Assembly (NCBI GenBank): GCA_002269645.1
Contig: NIVC01000539.1
Location: forward strand, 166,713-230,712
DNA: 64,000 nucleotides
Direction: 5' to 3'
DNA from: Macrostomum lignano
Lineage: Eukaryota
The first letter of the stretch is position 1; the number at the start of each line of letters is the position of its first letter. Both the position numbers and the translations under genes were made by a program. The notes beneath the pieces were generated by a model. It saw only the letters and a program-made list of their open reading frames with translations, ran no database searches and was not told where the DNA came from. This document shows, piece after piece, positions 61,485 to 64,000 of this stretch.

Positions 61485-62085
61485 GAGTCGCTGAAAGGCG
61501 AGTGGGGACTAAAGGTGAGAAGCCGCTGGGCCGTAACCCCAAACCCAACAACCAGGCCAAGAGGTAGCGACCGGGGGTGGCTTAAGCCCGTACCGGCCCG
61601 ACCGCTAGCAACCGAGAAACTCCCCGGCTAAGAGCCCGGCTTGGAAAAACCAGAGGCCGAACCAAAGGACCAACAGCACGGTACTACACTGGGCCCTTGA
61701 GGGAAGCAGGAGGACTGCCTCCGGAGCCTGCGGGCTGGCCGCATACCCTGTTAAGGTCAGAGGGTGGTACCTGTTCCTCAGAGCCGTGGCCAGAGGTACC
61801 TGATACGCACAGTTGCACTTCCGGGCGGAGCCCGTACCCAACTTGGCCAAAAGGCCACGGATGGGTTGCCGCCGCCGGAGCCCAGTCAGTCCAGCAGCCC
61901 TAGAGCTGCCTTGAACACATGCGGGAGTGAACCCCTGGGTCGGCTTGCGAGTCAGCTTGGAGAGAGTTCTCCTGCCATTCCTGCACCAGAATAGAGGGGG
62001 TGCAGGTGTGTAGGATCGCAGACCTTAGCCCGTAGGCCTAATCTGTCTCATGCTACACAGGCGTGCTGTACCCGCCATTACATGC

Positions 62086-62950
62086 TGTGTGATGTGACTG
62101 ATGTCTAATCCGAGAGGTGTGATGTCCAAACCGAGAGGTGTGATGTCCAAACCGAGAGGTGTGATGTCCAAACCGAGAGGTGTGATGTCCAAACCGAGAG
62201 GTGTGATGTCCAAACCGAGAGGTGTGATGTCCAAACCGAGAGGTGTGATGTCCAAACCGAGAGGTGTGATGTCCAAACCGAGAGGTGTGATGTCCAAACC
62301 GAGAGGTGTGATGTCCAAACCGAGAGGTGTGATGTCCAAACCGAGAGGTGTGATGTCCAAACCGAGAAGTGTGATGTCTAATCCGAGAGGTGTGATGTCT
62401 AACCTGAGAGTTGTGATGTCTAATCCGAGAGGTGTGATGTCTAATCCGAGAGGTGTGATGTCTAATCCGAGAGGTGTGATGTCTAATCCGAGAGGTGTGA
62501 TGTCTAATCCGAGAGGTGTGATGTCTAATCCGAGAGGTGTGATGTCTAATCCGAGAGGTGTGATGTCTAATCCGAGAGGTGTGATGTCTAATCCGAGAGG
62601 TGTGATGTCTAATCCGAGAGGTGTGATGTCTAATCCGAGAGGTGTGATGTCTAATCCGAGAGGTGTGATGTCTAATCCGAGAGGTGTGATGTCTAATCCG
62701 AGAGGTGTGATGTCTAATCCGAGAGGTGTGATGTCTAATCCGAGAGGTGTGATGTCTAATCCGAGAGGTGTGATGTCTAATCCGAGAGGTGTGATGTCTA
62801 ATCCGAGAGGTGTGATGTCTAATCCGAGAGGTGTGATGTCTAATCCGAGAGGTGTGATGTAATCCGATAATCCGAGAGGTGTGATGTCTAATCCGAGAGG
62901 TGTGATGTCTACCGAGAGTGTGATGTCTAGAGATGTGATCTAATGAGAGG
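62086..62950. repeat. 21-bp satellite (GATGTCTAATCCGAGAGGTGT), ~36 clean units then decaying
   Basis: Direct reading; a block of GATGTCCAAACCGAGAGGTGT units at ~62121-62370 is followed by CTAATCC units. Confidence 0.98.
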
Positions 62951-63357
62951 TGATGTCTAATGTCTGAGCTGAGAGCAGGATGTATAATGATAGAATTTGC
63001 GTGTCTAATCTATAAACTAGAGTTCATATACCTCTTTCTTCCTATATTCTATTATTATTAAAATTATCGTTAAAAATCCGTTGGATTATTAATTGAAATG
63101 AATATACATAATTCAGATCTTTTCATTCTTTTTAATGAGCCGCAATTTAAATCTAGGGAGTAATCTAATATGCATGCAATAAGAGGAAAATGTGTACACT
63201 GTTTTATTTTTAGTTGTCGCAATTTGGAAAGACGATAATTGGAATTCACAACTAGACGACTGGTGGCACTACAAACCTGGAGTTATTGGGGGTGCGTTGC
63301 TCAACTATGCCTGTTTTCATTTTCAAATTGGATTGTAAAAATGGTCCAGAGGGTGAA

Positions 63358-64000
63358 GGACAGGACCGAAACAGGACGGAGACTGAGAGAGAGATGAAGG
63401 ACAGGACGGAGACTGAGAGAGAGATGAAGGACAGGACGGAGACTGAGAGAGAGATGAAGGACAGGACGGAGACTGAGAGAGAGATGAAGGACAGGACGGA
63501 GACTGAGAGAGGGATGAAGGACAGGACGGAGACTGAGAGAGGGATGAAGGACAGGACGGAGACTGAGAGAGAGATGAAGGACAGGACGGAGACTGAGAGA
63601 GGGATGAAGGACAGGATGGAGACTGAGAGAGAGATGAAGGACAGGACGGAGACTGAGAGAGGGATGAAGGACAGGACGGAGACTGAGAGAGGGATGAAGG
63701 ACAGGACGGAGACTGAGAGAGAGATGAAGGACAGGACGGAGGCTGGGAGGGAGATGAAGGACAGGACGGAGACTGAGAAGCGAGAGATGAAGGACAGGAC
63801 AGAGACTGGGAGCGAGATGAAGGACAGGACGGAGGCTGGGAGAGAGATGAAGGACAGGACGGAGACTGAGAGAGAGATGAAGGACAGGACGGAGACTGGG
63901 AGAGAGATGAAGGACAGGACGGAGGCTGGAGAGAGATGAAGGACAGGACGGAGACTCAGAAGCGAGAGATGAAGGACAGGACGGAGGCTGGGAGGGAGAT
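63358..64000. repeat. 30-bp purine-rich tandem repeat (GGACAGGACGGAGACTGAGAGAGAGATGAA), ~21 units, runs off the right edge
   Basis: Direct reading; units become more variable after 63730. Confidence 0.97.

Noticed and set aside
62025-62862. MSNPRGV / DITPLGL repeat proteins
   Set aside because: Translations of the 21-bp satellite.
63286-63939. 217-aa KDRTETEREM repeat ORF
   Set aside because: Translation of the T-poor 30-bp array; starts at TTG, has no splice support, and the frame breaks where units vary.

Overview
Eukaryotic (invertebrate animal) genomic DNA, not a prokaryotic window. AT-rich introns, GC3-rich exons, very large tandem arrays and an RTE-type RT fragment are reminiscent of the flatworm Macrostomum; this is inference from recalled element sequences and was not searched. 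Layout: (i) 1-33774, a satellite of about 590 copies (array length / ~57 bp) with an invariant 46-bp core and a variable 7-15-bp linker, ending ~35 bp before the splice acceptor of a host gene's terminal exon (33810-34360); (ii) two small TIR elements with 8-bp TSDs, one only 32 bp long; (iii) a complete 9.3-kb CMC/EnSpm(CACTA)-type transposon (37632-46910) carrying a spliced transposase and a 5-exon DUF4806-like gene, nested in a different ~1.8-kb non-autonomous CMC-type element (36618-47711); (iv) a decayed RTE-like RT fragment; (v) RPL19 on the minus strand (the ORF track labels it + in error), with a 5-nt first coding exon and a 3.7-kb intron holding a MITE; (vi) a full-length 5.87-kb LOA/Lian-like APE-RT-RNaseH LINE with a 14-bp TSD at the edge of a 21-bp CA-rich satellite; (vii) a 30-bp purine-rich array running off the end. 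Nearly all ORF-track entries in 1-33.7 kb and 62-64 kb are translation artefacts of tandem repeats. The best leads are possible satellite targeting by the LINE, the giant satellite apparently filling an intron, the nested CMC pair and the 32-bp transposon. None is shown here to be a new system.
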